DNA of 62,993 nt, counting the filler, from Octopus bimaculoides (taxonomy: Eukaryota), in NCBI RefSeq assembly GCF_001194135.2. It is 3 parts of 3 records of this genome, joined end to end, with 100 filler letters (N's around TTAATTAATTAA, not from the genome) between each part and the next. Parts side by side here need not be neighbours in the genome. Positions count along the whole stretch, not along the records: positions 45,149 to 62,993 come from NC_068984.1; 2 more parts are not named here. One strand, given 5' to 3'. Within the stretch, counting starts at the first letter, position 1, and each line of letters starts with the position of its first letter. Positions 62,949 through 62,993 of this stretch are shown here, in pieces. The notes beneath the pieces were generated by a model. That model made no database searches. It had not been told where the DNA came from and was given only the letters and a program-made list of their open reading frames with translations. The position numbers and the translations under genes are program-made.

Positions 62949-62993
<45 letters not shown>

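Overview
AT-rich, microsatellite- and transposon-dense animal DNA, most likely an octopus (inferred from the repeat families and genes; no database was run). The window is not one locus: two 100-bp artificial spacers (N44-TTAATTAATTAA-N44 at 31873-31972 and 45049-45148) join three probably unrelated scaffolds. Two host coding exons are recognisable. The first is exon 1 of the ciliary gene EFHC1 (+, 13550-13597), behind a tandem RFX X-box promoter. The second is exon 1 of a nicotinic acetylcholine receptor subunit (-, 35272-35469). The rest is SINEs, RTE/CR1 LINE relics (three with C2H2 zinc-finger tails), Tc1/mariner/maT/pogo DNA transposons, a fairly well preserved Penelope-like RT+GIY-YIG element, and mini/microsatellites. 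The top candidate for something new is a tRNA-headed SINE whose 3' tail carries a Penelope-type minimal hammerhead-ribozyme fold (three pieces at 39.7-41.8 kb), plus two further hammerhead-like motifs of other families. All visible copies are mutated in the catalytic core, so activity is unproven. Most entries in the supplied ORF track are microsatellite or N-gap artefacts. SINE and LINE boundaries are approximate.
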